NCBI GenBank assembly: GCA_001771185.1
Contig: METB01000001.1
Location: 375,200 to 439,199, forward strand
DNA: 64,000 bases
From: a candidate division Kazan bacterium RIFCSPHIGHO2_01_FULL_44_14
Lineage (GTDB): Bacteria > Patescibacteriota > Kazan-3B-28
Reading direction: 5' to 3'
The notes below the pieces were generated by a model. It saw only the letters and a list, made by a program, of their open reading frames with translations. It was not told the origin of the DNA and did no database searches. Positions 38,557 through 47,880 of this stretch are shown here, piece after piece. Both the position numbers and the translations under genes were made by a program. Every line of letters begins with the position of its first letter. Positions within the stretch are counted from its first letter, which is position 1.

Positions 38557-40704
38557 GTGGATAAGACATTTGACTTCAAAAAACTAGAGTCGGGGCTATA
38601 TGACTCGTGGGAAAAATCGGGAGTGTTCACGCCTAAAATAGAGACCGGCAAACAGCCGTATACGATTATTATGCCGCCACCTAATGCTAATGCCAGTTTG
38701 CATATTGGGCATGCTTTATTTGTGACGGTCGAAGATATTATGGTGCGTTACCATCGGATGAAGGGGGAGCCGACGCTGTGGTTACCTGGGGCGGATCATG
38801 CCGGGATCGCGACCCAAGTATCTTTTGAAAAAGAATTGGCCAAGCAAGATAAAACCCGGTTCGATTTGGGGAGAGATGAGTTCGTGAAACAAACCTTTGA
38901 TTTTACGGTTAAGAATCGGATAACGATGGAAAACCAATTGCGAGCTCTGGGGGCAAGTTGCGATTGGACCAGGAAAAAGTTTACTCTCGATTCGGATGTC
39001 AGCGAGGCGGTGTTTACAACTTTCAAAAAAATGTATGACGAAGGACTAATCTACCGGGGAGAGCGAATTGTGAACTGGTGTCCTAGGTGTGCCACCTCAC
39101 TATCCGACTTGGAAGTTGAGCACAAGGAAACCGAAGGAGTGCTTACATATATTAAATATCCGGTGGTGGGGGGTGGAGAAATTGTGGTGGCAACGACTCG
39201 GCCGGAGACGATGTTGGGTGACACGGCCGTAGCGGTGAACCCCAACGACAAGCGATATGTCAAACTGGTCGGACAAAAAGTTTTATTGCCGTTAATGGAA
39301 CGGGAAATCCCGATTATCACAGACATAGTGGTGGATATGGAGTTTGGAACAGGGGCGGTGAAAGTGACCCCGGCGCATGACTCAACCGATTTTGAAATCG
39401 GTCAACGGCATGGATTGCCGACGATTTCGGTGATTGGTCAAGATTTAAAAATGACAGAAAGCGCTGGCCGGTATGCGGGGATGAAGACGAAAGAAGCGCG
39501 AGAGAAGGTGATAGCGGATTTGCAAACAGTCGGGTTGATTGAAAAAACCCAGCCACATCTTCACAGTGTTGGCCGATGTCAGCGGTGCGATTCGGTGGTT
39601 GAGCCAATTATTTCTAAACAGTGGTTTGTGAAAATCGCTTCTTTGGCCAAGCCGGCAATCGAGGCAGTAAAGCGGGGGGCGATCAAATTTATCCCACAGC
39701 ATTTTGAGAAACTCTACTTTAACTGGATGGAAAATATTCGGGATTGGAACATCAGTCGGCAGTTGTGGTGGGGACACCAGATTCCTGTCTGGTACTGCCA
39801 AGCCCAGCAAGTTAAAAGTGATAAGTTAAAAGTGATAAGTGAAGGAGGGGATAATTTTATAGTTTCAGCAGAGAGGCCGGGGAAGTGTCCGGTGTGCGGA
39901 AAGTGTGAAATGTGTCAGGACACAGATACGCTCGACACTTGGTTCTCATCAGGGCTGTGGCCATTTACGACATTAGGTTGGCCAAAGTCAACCGAAGATT
40001 TTAAATATTTTTATCCCACTACAATGATGGAGACGGGGTGGGATATTATCTTTTTCTGGGTGGCTCGAATGATTATGCTGGGGATTTATTGCACTGGCAA
40101 ACCGCCATTTGAGTTGGTCTATTTGAATGGGTTGGTTCGTGACCAAGAGGGGAACAAAATCTCTAAGTCCAAAGGGAATGTGATTGATCCAATGATGATG
40201 GTTGAGAAATACGGCGCCGATGCTCTGCGGATGGGGCTAGTAGTGGGGACAGCAGCGGGGAACGATACGGCAATGTCGGAAGATAAAGTTAGGGCTTACC
40301 GGAACTTTGCTAACAAGATTTGGAACGCGGCGCGGTTTATTAATTTGGAAGTCAGTACGCCAAAGGCCGTTAAAGAAGTAGAGCTGACGGCCGAGGACAC
40401 GGCTTGGTTGAAAGAATTTGACGAAATGATACGCGAGACGACCAAGATGATGGAGCAATATCAGCTGGGTCAGGCAGCAGAAAAACTTTACGGTTATTTT
40501 TGGCACACATTTTGCGACAAGCATATCGAAGCAGCCAAGCCGCGATTGAAGGATGAGCAGCAAAAAGAAACTGCCGCTGCAGTTCTGGATCACATTCTAA
40601 AAAACTCTCTGATTATGCTTCATCCATTTGTACCATTCGTGACGGAAGCAGTTTGGGGCGAGCTCTACGATGATCAATTAATTACGGCCGCTTGGCCGAA
40701 ATAG
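38557..40704 (+). CDS. valS: Valine--tRNA ligase (short; lacks the C-terminal coiled coil)
   Basis: PPPN...LHIGHA, DWNISRQLWWGH, DTWFSS and KISKS motifs. Confidence 0.96.
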   Translation: MDKTFDFKKLESGLYDSWEKSGVFTPKIETGKQPYTIIMPPPNANASLHIGHALFVTVEDIMVRYHRMKGEPTLWLPGADHAGIATQVSFEKELAKQDKTRFDLGRDEFVKQTFDFTVKNRITMENQLRALGASCDWTRKKFTLDSDVSEAVFTTFKKMYDEGLIYRGERIVNWCPRCATSLSDLEVEHKETEGVLTYIKYPVVGGGEIVVATTRPETMLGDTAVAVNPNDKRYVKLVGQKVLLPLMEREIPIITDIVVDMEFGTGAVKVTPAHDSTDFEIGQRHGLPTISVIGQDLKMTESAGRYAGMKTKEAREKVIADLQTVGLIEKTQPHLHSVGRCQRCDSVVEPIISKQWFVKIASLAKPAIEAVKRGAIKFIPQHFEKLYFNWMENIRDWNISRQLWWGHQIPVWYCQAQQVKSDKLKVISEGGDNFIVSAERPGKCPVCGKCEMCQDTDTLDTWFSSGLWPFTTLGWPKSTEDFKYFYPTTMMETGWDIIFFWVARMIMLGIYCTGKPPFELVYLNGLVRDQEGNKISKSKGNVIDPMMMVEKYGADALRMGLVVGTAAGNDTAMSEDKVRAYRNFANKIWNAARFINLEVSTPKAVKEVELTAEDTAWLKEFDEMIRETTKMMEQYQLGQAAEKLYGYFWHTFCDKHIEAAKPRLKDEQQKETAAAVLDHILKNSLIMLHPFVPFVTEAVWGELYDDQLITAAWPK

Positions 40705-40750
40705 GATTAGGATTTCGGTTTGTTTTTATATTGTTCCAAGGTGTCTTTTT

Positions 40751-41110
40751 TGTCATCCCGAGCGCAGTCGAGGGATCTGGCTATGAGTGCGAGACAATAC
40801 TATGTTTATATCTTGGCGAACCATAGTCGGGTTTTATATATTGGTGTAACCAATAATTTGACGCGACGGGTATACGAGCATAATCATGATTTAGTCCCGG
40901 GTTTTACACGCAAGTATAAAATTCATCGGTTGGTTTATCAGGAACATTGTGACGACGTTGAAAACGCTATTGCCAGAGAAAAACAGTTGAAAAATTGGAG
41001 ACGAGACAAGAAAGTAGCTTTAATTAACCGAATCAACCCAGAGTGGGAAGATTTGGTAGGTGTAGTAACGGGCTAGATCCCTCGATTCGCTCCGCTCACT
41101 CGGGATGACA
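40751..41110 (+). mobile_element. REP-flanked GIY-YIG unit (REPtron-like)
   Basis: Left TGTCATCCCGAGCGCAGTCGAGGGATCT and inverted right AGATCCCTCGA...CTCGGGATGACA enclose the gene. Confidence 0.75.
40783..41076 (+). CDS. Small GIY-YIG nuclease (YhbQ/UPF0213-like)
   Basis: YYVYILAN...LYIGVTNNL.RR..EH, AIAREKQLKNWRR.KK..LI...NP.W.DL. Confidence 0.92.
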   Translation: MSARQYYVYILANHSRVLYIGVTNNLTRRVYEHNHDLVPGFTRKYKIHRLVYQEHCDDVENAIAREKQLKNWRRDKKVALINRINPEWEDLVGVVTG

Positions 41111-41266
41111 AAGTCGATGGTTGATTACAATAACAAAGGGGCTACTCGTCTAGTAGCCCCAAGCCTTATTACGTGAAGGACGTTGGCGTTGCCAACCTAT
41201 AGGATTCACCTCCTTGGTTTTGAGAATAAGGAACATCGGCTTACGCCAGCTTGAATGTAGCACGGG

Positions 41267-42034
41267 TTAGTTCCCATAACCAGGCAGGATAGAGGGGAGG
41301 TTGTAAGTAGTGCCGGCTGAACTGCCGCCAGTTGATTGGTTGGCATATTGTGGTCGGGCGACTTTGAGGACTCCACCTGAAGGGAACTCCATTAAAACCC
41401 AGATTCTGGTTTCAGCGACAATCTCGGCGTTGTAATTGGTTTGATAATTGGCAATCGCATTAACATCTTGGATCGGGGCGTAGGCCAAACGGTCTTGAAG
41501 CCAGGTGGTCTCGTCGCCAGTTTTAGTATTGAAACTGCGGATAATGTCGTTCGAGAAAATCACTAACACATTAGTCCCTTTTTGATACCAAGCCCGACCA
41601 CCGTCCTGATAAGCGTAAGCCAAATCGCTATTGGCGGGTGGGAGGATTCCTGCCAAGGCCGATGGTTGGTAGATCTCGGTATCGGAGCGGTCGCTTAGGA
41701 AGTAAGAGGCGGTTGGTGCAGTGAGAGTGTCGGAAGGTGATGAGTAGAAAGAGTCGGCTGGGCGATAAACTAAGTTAATAGTGGCCTTGGCGTCTTGGCC
41801 AATCTTGGCCGGGTTGTCAGGGAGATGAATATCCAGAAACCCCGGGGTAGGTACTTGGATAGCAGGGCCAGTAACCGAAGTATTTTGTAATAATGACGCC
41901 AAAACATCCGATTGAGTAGATTGAGAATGGGCTGGAGCGGGCTGGTAGTTGCGGACAGCGGGCAAGACCTCGGCGAAGACCAGGCCGAGGAGAAGAAAGA
42001 GAGCGAATAAGTTACGGAGTTTAACCATAAACAA
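41267..42034 (-). CDS. Hypothetical secreted protein
   Basis: Signal-peptide-like N-terminus; follows the PilB gene. Confidence 0.7.
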   Translation of the reverse strand: MFMVKLRNLFALFLLLGLVFAEVLPAVRNYQPAPAHSQSTQSDVLASLLQNTSVTGPAIQVPTPGFLDIHLPDNPAKIGQDAKATINLVYRPADSFYSSPSDTLTAPTASYFLSDRSDTEIYQPSALAGILPPANSDLAYAYQDGGRAWYQKGTNVLVIFSNDIIRSFNTKTGDETTWLQDRLAYAPIQDVNAIANYQTNYNAEIVAETRIWVLMEFPSGGVLKVARPQYANQSTGGSSAGTTYNLPSILPGYGN

Positions 42035-42082
42035 GCGGGTTGAGTCCGCTTACTTTTCACCTGGTCTTATTATACCATGGTC

Positions 42083-43732
42083 TTATTCGGCAATCACTCG
42101 TAAAAGTTCATCTAGGGTAGTAATCCCGGCAGAAACCTTGGCTATCCCATCTTGGGCCAGAGTGGTCATCCCTTGGCTGACAGCAAGTTGCTTAATCTCG
42201 TTTGAAGATGCCCCGGAAAGAATTTTGGCTTGAATTTCAGGGGTGACTTTAAGCAGTTCGAAAATTCCAATTCGTCCACGGTAGCCGGTACCATTACATT
42301 TATCACAACCTTTGACGAGGGGAACCGTGGCGGGGATTTGAGCATCGGGCAGGATTGATTTGATTTTGGCAATGAAGATTGTGTCTGGCGCAGAAGTAGC
42401 AGTTTTGCAATCGGAGCAGATTTTGCGGACTAACCGTTGAGCAATAATTAACCTAAGAGCGTCGGCGAATAAATTGGGTTTAGCATCCAAGTCCACCAAC
42501 CTCGGGATGGCTCCAGCAGCATCGTTCGTGTGAAGAGTGGAGAGAACTAGGTGGCCGGTCAGCGAAGCATTAACAGCAATGTCAGCGGTTTCCTGATCTC
42601 GGATTTCTCCGACTAAAATAATATCTGGGTCTTGGCGAACGATGGCTCGCAGAGCGTTAGCAAAGTCATAATTTTCTTCTGGGTTAACTTGGGTTTGGGT
42701 GACGCCGTTGAGTTGGTACTCGATTGGGTCCTCGACAGTGATGATTTTAGTGGTAGGAGAGTTGATAGTGTTCAACACAGCGTAGAGAGTGGTGGTTTTC
42801 CCGGAGCCGGTTGGGCCAGTATTCAAAATTAGACCATTGGGTTGGTGAATGGCTTCATCGATAACTTGGCGATCACGTTGGCTTAATCCTAATTCATCTA
42901 GGGAAACAAACTTCCCCGTTTGGGGGAGTAGCCGCATAACCACTGATTCGCCATATTGGGTTGGCAAAACAGAAACTCGGATGTCGTAATGTTCGTCCTC
43001 GGCGGTGATAGAAAAACGGCCGTCTTGAGAACTTTCTTTAATATTTAATTTGAGAGTAGCCAGGAGTTTAATTCGGCTAAGAACGGTTTCGTGGGTGGCT
43101 TTGGGCAGGGTGGCAATGTCTTGGAGGACGCCGTCCAATCGATACCGCAACCGGACATCGGTTTGAGTTGGTTCGATATGAATGTCGGAAGCCCCTAAGC
43201 CAGTGGCTCCAGCAAAAATCAATTCAACCAAATCGCTGGTTGAGGTCTTGGCTAACTTGGTTTGAAAATTTTTCAGGTCGGTAAGTTTGGTAATCGAAGT
43301 CCCGGGTTTGCCGAGATTGATGGAGGTAGTAATTGGGTGCCCATCCTTGGGAGCGAAAGTGTCATAGAGGCCGATGACATAGCGTATTGATGAATCAGAC
43401 ACCAGGACTGGTTGGAACTGATATTCATCCATGGCGTCTAGTTGTTTAAGCGCAGTTAGCGTAGCGGGGGAGTTGGGGTTGGTGAGAGCCAACATAACTT
43501 TAGTCCCGGTTTTTTCAAAAGCAAAAATTTGAGCCGATTCAACTAACTCTTTGGGAACAATCGCAACGGCAGCCGGGTCGGGCTGAAGGTTATTTAAGTT
43601 TCGATATTCTAAATTGAACTGGGCTGCCTGGGTTTTGGTCAGTTCTTCTTCCTTAGTCCGCTGAAGATGCTTCACGGTCTGTTCTAATGGAGCTTGATTG
43701 TCGTCTGGTTGGGGGTTAGATTGATTAGTCAT
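42083..43732 (-). CDS. GspE/PilB family secretion ATPase
   Basis: ASDIHIEP, GPTGSGKTTTLY, RQDPDIILVGEIRD and STLHTN motifs plus a CxxC pair. Confidence 0.95.
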   Translation of the reverse strand: MTNQSNPQPDDNQAPLEQTVKHLQRTKEEELTKTQAAQFNLEYRNLNNLQPDPAAVAIVPKELVESAQIFAFEKTGTKVMLALTNPNSPATLTALKQLDAMDEYQFQPVLVSDSSIRYVIGLYDTFAPKDGHPITTSINLGKPGTSITKLTDLKNFQTKLAKTSTSDLVELIFAGATGLGASDIHIEPTQTDVRLRYRLDGVLQDIATLPKATHETVLSRIKLLATLKLNIKESSQDGRFSITAEDEHYDIRVSVLPTQYGESVVMRLLPQTGKFVSLDELGLSQRDRQVIDEAIHQPNGLILNTGPTGSGKTTTLYAVLNTINSPTTKIITVEDPIEYQLNGVTQTQVNPEENYDFANALRAIVRQDPDIILVGEIRDQETADIAVNASLTGHLVLSTLHTNDAAGAIPRLVDLDAKPNLFADALRLIIAQRLVRKICSDCKTATSAPDTIFIAKIKSILPDAQIPATVPLVKGCDKCNGTGYRGRIGIFELLKVTPEIQAKILSGASSNEIKQLAVSQGMTTLAQDGIAKVSAGITTLDELLRVIAE

Positions 43733-43742
43733 GGAGAATAAT

Positions 43743-44657
43743 TTAAGAAGTGGGGAGGGCTTTGCCAAGGACGATGGCTTTATCGAGGGCGCCTTCGATG
43801 GGGAAGTTTTCGAGTCGGACTCGAGCGACATTTTCCCATAGACCGGCCTCTTCTACTGTAGCAGAAAAGGCGAAGGTCAAAGATGCGGTTGGATTATTGT
43901 GGGTAAGCTCGATCCGGTATTCTCCCATCCAGCCACTGCCAATTAATTGGGGCTGACCAGTTTGACCAACCGTGAGGGAATCACTGCCTTGGATGTGATT
44001 GAGTCCGCGTGGGAGTAAATCGTCGACAACGAAAACGGCTACGACTTGGTCGCCACTGGCGCTGTCTGGGACATTGCTTACACTCACGCTAACTTCAATT
44101 TTGAAATCAACCTGGGTTTGGCCATCAGCCAGAGCATCAACATAGTGAGTGTAACTGCCGTCAGGAGCCAACCGAACTTGTTTGGAGATACTGTAAGTAA
44201 ATTTCAATCCGCTAACGGGTTCCTCTTGTCCTGGTTGAGTAACGACTGGTAGGCCTCCGCTATTGAGGTCAGTTGGGTCAGTCCCTAAAATAATTTCAAT
44301 TCCATCAGCGACACCATCGCCGTCAGTGTCGGGGTTGGTTGGGTCGGTTCCGGGATCATCGAGGCCGTTGTAAATGCCGGAGTTATTTTCTTTGGAGTTT
44401 TCAATTCCATCATTGTCGTGGTCGCCGGGGCCGGTAACTTTTGGGCTAACCGCGGGAGTGGTTTCGTCGGGGATGTCTAACTCCCCGGCTGGATTGGTGA
44501 TGTCGGTATCGCGTTCAGCCATGGTCCGAGTACCCCAGCGCTCTTCGATCCCGGAAGTTTCTCTAATAAAAGTCGCCCCCAAGGTTGCGATAATAACCAC
44601 ACTGACAATGGTGGCGCCGGTGACGATGGCAAAACCAGATCCAACCCCGATACGCAT
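43743..44657 (-). CDS. Membrane-anchored surface protein with Ca-binding DxDxDG (TSP3-like) repeats and a beta-sandwich domain
   Basis: N-terminal TM; DHDNDG and TDPTNPDTDGDGVADGIE repeats. Confidence 0.7.
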   Translation of the reverse strand: MRIGVGSGFAIVTGATIVSVVIIATLGATFIRETSGIEERWGTRTMAERDTDITNPAGELDIPDETTPAVSPKVTGPGDHDNDGIENSKENNSGIYNGLDDPGTDPTNPDTDGDGVADGIEIILGTDPTDLNSGGLPVVTQPGQEEPVSGLKFTYSISKQVRLAPDGSYTHYVDALADGQTQVDFKIEVSVSVSNVPDSASGDQVVAVFVVDDLLPRGLNHIQGSDSLTVGQTGQPQLIGSGWMGEYRIELTHNNPTASLTFAFSATVEEAGLWENVARVRLENFPIEGALDKAIVLGKALPTS

Positions 44658-44659
44658 AA

Positions 44660-46450
44660 TTACTCCCCGGTTAGATTACGCAGTTCGGCTAATTGGGCAG
44701 GGTCAGAAGTGACGATTTTATCTTCCACATAACTAGCCACAACTTTAATGGCGGCATGGTTAGTGCCGGCAAAGAAAAGTCCTTCACCAACTTCGGACTC
44801 GAGCAGTAGGAACTTTTCACCTTGGGTCAAATTGAAGGTCTCGGCGACGACATCAATCGAAGCCGGGGACTGGCGGAAGAGCAGTTGAAGAGACGAGTTG
44901 GCTACCACTGCCTTACCATATTTGGAGCCCAAAAAGTCCTCTACATCCTGGGTAATAGTGGTGAGCCCGAGATAATATTTGCGAGCTCGTTTGGCGATAC
45001 TATATAAGAATTTAGCCGAGTCCTCGTATTGCATTAAAATCCAGGCCTCGTCGATGATGAGCAGACGCTTTTTAATATTGAAGCGGATTTTATTCCAAAT
45101 ATAATTCAACACCACATACATAGCGATGGGGCGAAGGGCGTCCTCCAAATCCCGAATATTGAAGACAACTAAACCGGTGTCTAAATCAAAATTGGTTGGT
45201 TTGTTGAAGATGCCAGCGAAAGTCCCGCGGGTATATTTGCTAAGTCGTTGAGACAAACTTTCGGCTCCCTGCATGTTGTCCAAAACATTTTGCAAGTCCT
45301 CCATCGTCGGCATTGGGTTTTTGTGGGTGGCGGTGTCGTTGGTGATATCTTTGAGGGCGTAGGTTTCATGTAAGGCCTTGTCCATCAAAGCATCTTCTTC
45401 GGGAGTCAAAGTCCCGACCAGCAAATTCATCAGGCCAAGCAAAGTGACGATGGCGGAGCGAAGGACTTTTTCGCCGTCAGCATCGACGCCCAGGTCGGGC
45501 AGGTCAAATGGATTAATCCGTTTGTCGCTGTTGAGCGAGATAGAAATAAATGAACCGCCAATGGCATTGGCCAGGGTCTCGTATTCATTCTCTGGATCGA
45601 TGACAATCGTGTCAGTTCCGAACATCGCACTGCGCAAAACCTCGAGTTTGACCGCATAGGACTTACCTCCACCGGACTTGGCGAAGACAGCCATGTTGGC
45701 ATTTTCTAAATCGAACCGGTCAAATAAAATCAGCGAATTGTTGTGCCGGTTGATACCATACAGAACACCTTTGCCGGTAGTCAGGTCAACCGAAGTGAAG
45801 GGGAAAGTGGTAGCAAGTGAGGAACTGGTCATGTTGCGGACAATATCTAACTCATCTAAGCCCAGTGGCAAAGAAGAATTAAAGCCCTGCTCCATTTGAA
45901 GTAAAGCATGCTTGGTGTAAACTAATTGGCCGCCCAGCGTGGTTTCAATGTGTTGGGTAATCGATTCCAACTCTTCGGGGGTCTTGGCGTAGATGGTGAA
46001 ATACAAACCATAATGGAAGAACCGTTCCATCCCGCGTTGCAGACGGTCACGGAGTTCCTCGGCATCTTGGTAGGCGACTTCCAGTTCGGGGTCGCGAACA
46101 GCGCCCTTTTCTTGGTTGATTCGAAGCGAGGACTCCATTTCGGCCACTTTCCGGCGGAGCGTATTCATAATGGCAGTACTGTCAATCGGGTAGATGTGCA
46201 TCGAAATGTCCAAATCAACATCATAGTTAATGACTGGGTTGAGCCAGTTGGTTTCAATATATTGAGGGTAGGTGAGCACAAACAGGGTTCGGACAAACCG
46301 GCCATTGAGCTCAATGGAATCATTTTTGATTTCCATAGAAGCCGGGGCAACCAAATCACGAATTGAAACTAGGCCAGCTTCAAATTGTTCGACGGCTTTG
46401 CGGGCGTCAGCTTCTTTTTGGGGCTTAGGTTTTCTTTTGAATAGAGCCAT
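44660..46450 (-). CDS. VirB4-like conjugation/T4SS ATPase
   Basis: ENANMAVFAKSGGGKS Walker A, IDPENEY, IIDEAW and KRARKY motifs. Confidence 0.92.
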   Translation of the reverse strand: MALFKRKPKPQKEADARKAVEQFEAGLVSIRDLVAPASMEIKNDSIELNGRFVRTLFVLTYPQYIETNWLNPVINYDVDLDISMHIYPIDSTAIMNTLRRKVAEMESSLRINQEKGAVRDPELEVAYQDAEELRDRLQRGMERFFHYGLYFTIYAKTPEELESITQHIETTLGGQLVYTKHALLQMEQGFNSSLPLGLDELDIVRNMTSSSLATTFPFTSVDLTTGKGVLYGINRHNNSLILFDRFDLENANMAVFAKSGGGKSYAVKLEVLRSAMFGTDTIVIDPENEYETLANAIGGSFISISLNSDKRINPFDLPDLGVDADGEKVLRSAIVTLLGLMNLLVGTLTPEEDALMDKALHETYALKDITNDTATHKNPMPTMEDLQNVLDNMQGAESLSQRLSKYTRGTFAGIFNKPTNFDLDTGLVVFNIRDLEDALRPIAMYVVLNYIWNKIRFNIKKRLLIIDEAWILMQYEDSAKFLYSIAKRARKYYLGLTTITQDVEDFLGSKYGKAVVANSSLQLLFRQSPASIDVVAETFNLTQGEKFLLLESEVGEGLFFAGTNHAAIKVVASYVEDKIVTSDPAQLAELRNLTGE

Positions 46451-46532
46451 CCCGTTAAAAATTTTTACTAATGTATGTGTATTGCATCTTGGTGGTCTGT
46501 TGTTTGTGCCCGTTTTCTAGATTTTTAACGGG
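46451..46532 (-). mobile_element. CCCGTTA-family element abutting the VirB4 ATG
   Basis: Perfect TIR CCCGTTAAAAAT/ATTTTTAACGGG; paralogous to 47234-47314. Confidence 0.75.
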
Positions 46533-46540
46533 ACAGGTAG

Positions 46541-47233
46541 TTATTGTCCTGGGTTGGTATCCTTAATATGCTGGATGACTGAAACATCGACATTACTGAC
46601 CGAAAATAGTTTTTGTCTCCGGGCGGTATCAGTATTGTAGGTAGTATAGAACAGCTCAATCAATTCTTGAGTGTTGAGTTGGACATTATGCAACCCCAGC
46701 CCAGCCAGACCAGACGAGGCCAAGGAAGTCCGTTCCATCAACTTGGTTTTAACTTCCTCAAATCGGCCACCCAATGAAACCGGCCCACTCTTTTTACCAA
46801 AAAGTCCAGCCAGAAATCCGCCGGTAGGGAGTTCGACGCCGGTATCGTAGGGGATAACTAGATAGAAGGTTTTACTCATGATGTTAGCGACACCGATGAG
46901 TTCGCGGACGAAGTTGGTGTACTCGGTAGTTTGAGTTCGAAGCAGGTCATTGGTTTGTTGACGGCTAAGGGTGTCGAGTTGGGCCAAGTAATTGTCCAAA
47001 TCCAACATTCGGGACTGGACAACGATTTGGATTGGGAATCCTAGGCCGTTGAGAAAGGCCTGGTACTGCTGCATCATCGCTTCTTGTTCGTCCCTGGATT
47101 TGAGGTTGAAGTTGATGGCGTTGACCATCAATACAGTCCGAAATCCGCCGGTCTTTAAAATCACTATCCCATCGCGGACTTCCTTGATAGGTAGGTACTT
47201 TTGAGTACTGTTGGGCTGCTTTGATTTAGCCAT
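46541..47233 (-). CDS. Conserved VirB4-associated protein
   Basis: STQKYL.IKEVRDGIV..., INFNLKS.DEQ; lies between PrgI-like and VirB4 genes. Confidence 0.78.
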   Translation of the reverse strand: MAKSKQPNSTQKYLPIKEVRDGIVILKTGGFRTVLMVNAINFNLKSRDEQEAMMQQYQAFLNGLGFPIQIVVQSRMLDLDNYLAQLDTLSRQQTNDLLRTQTTEYTNFVRELIGVANIMSKTFYLVIPYDTGVELPTGGFLAGLFGKKSGPVSLGGRFEEVKTKLMERTSLASSGLAGLGLHNVQLNTQELIELFYTTYNTDTARRQKLFSVSNVDVSVIQHIKDTNPGQ

Positions 47234-47314
47234 CTCGTTAAAATTTTTTGTCAGTGTAAGTGTATTGCATCTTGGTGGTTTGTTAGTTTTGCCCGTTTTC
47301 TTGATTCTCTTGGG
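47234..47314 (-). mobile_element. Degenerate copy of the 46451-46532 element abutting an ATG
   Basis: Shared GTGTATTGCATCTTGGTGGT...TGCCCGTTTTCT core, GGGACAGGTA flank and ATGGCT target. Confidence 0.7.
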
Positions 47315-47322
47315 ACAGGTAA

Positions 47323-47871
47323 TTATTCGTTTTCTGCTAAGACATCTTCTACATCCAGACCGGCTTCGTTAACGAGAGAGGGATTCTCATTTAAATTATT
47401 TACTTGAGTTGTCACCGCCTCCTGATCGTCCGGCTTAATTGTACCACCCGCATCTAAGACCCGAGACAGCTTTTCGAGCTGACTTTGCAATTCTTTGCCT
47501 TGTTTGCGTTCTTGAAGTTCACTTTTAGTGTCTTTGATATCGGTGGCTGACACTTTAATTGTTTCTACCAACTCGCGGGGTTCTTTATGCCACACTCGTT
47601 GTTTATTGGCCAACCAAAACTTGAACAAGTTGACGATAAAGACACCAAAGGGCTGTCCGTTAACTTTGCTAAAAGCAAAGGCAATGCTCAAAGACCCGGC
47701 TACTAAACTGATTAGGACAAACTCGATGCCATAGAGATACTGCATCGCGTAATACTGGTAAGCGATGAAGACGATTGAGGCGCCAGCCAAGACATAAAGG
47801 AATTGCTTTAGGGTCAATGGGCCGACGAGCCGGTCTTCACGGGTAACGTCTTGTGGGATTTTAGCAGGCAT
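47323..47871 (-). CDS. PrgI family protein
   Basis: IPQDV..ED.LVGPLTLKQF motif and 2 TM helices. Confidence 0.88.
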   Translation of the reverse strand: MPAKIPQDVTREDRLVGPLTLKQFLYVLAGASIVFIAYQYYAMQYLYGIEFVLISLVAGSLSIAFAFSKVNGQPFGVFIVNLFKFWLANKQRVWHKEPRELVETIKVSATDIKDTKSELQERKQGKELQSQLEKLSRVLDAGGTIKPDDQEAVTTQVNNLNENPSLVNEAGLDVEDVLAENE

Positions 47872-47880
47872 AAGATTTGA

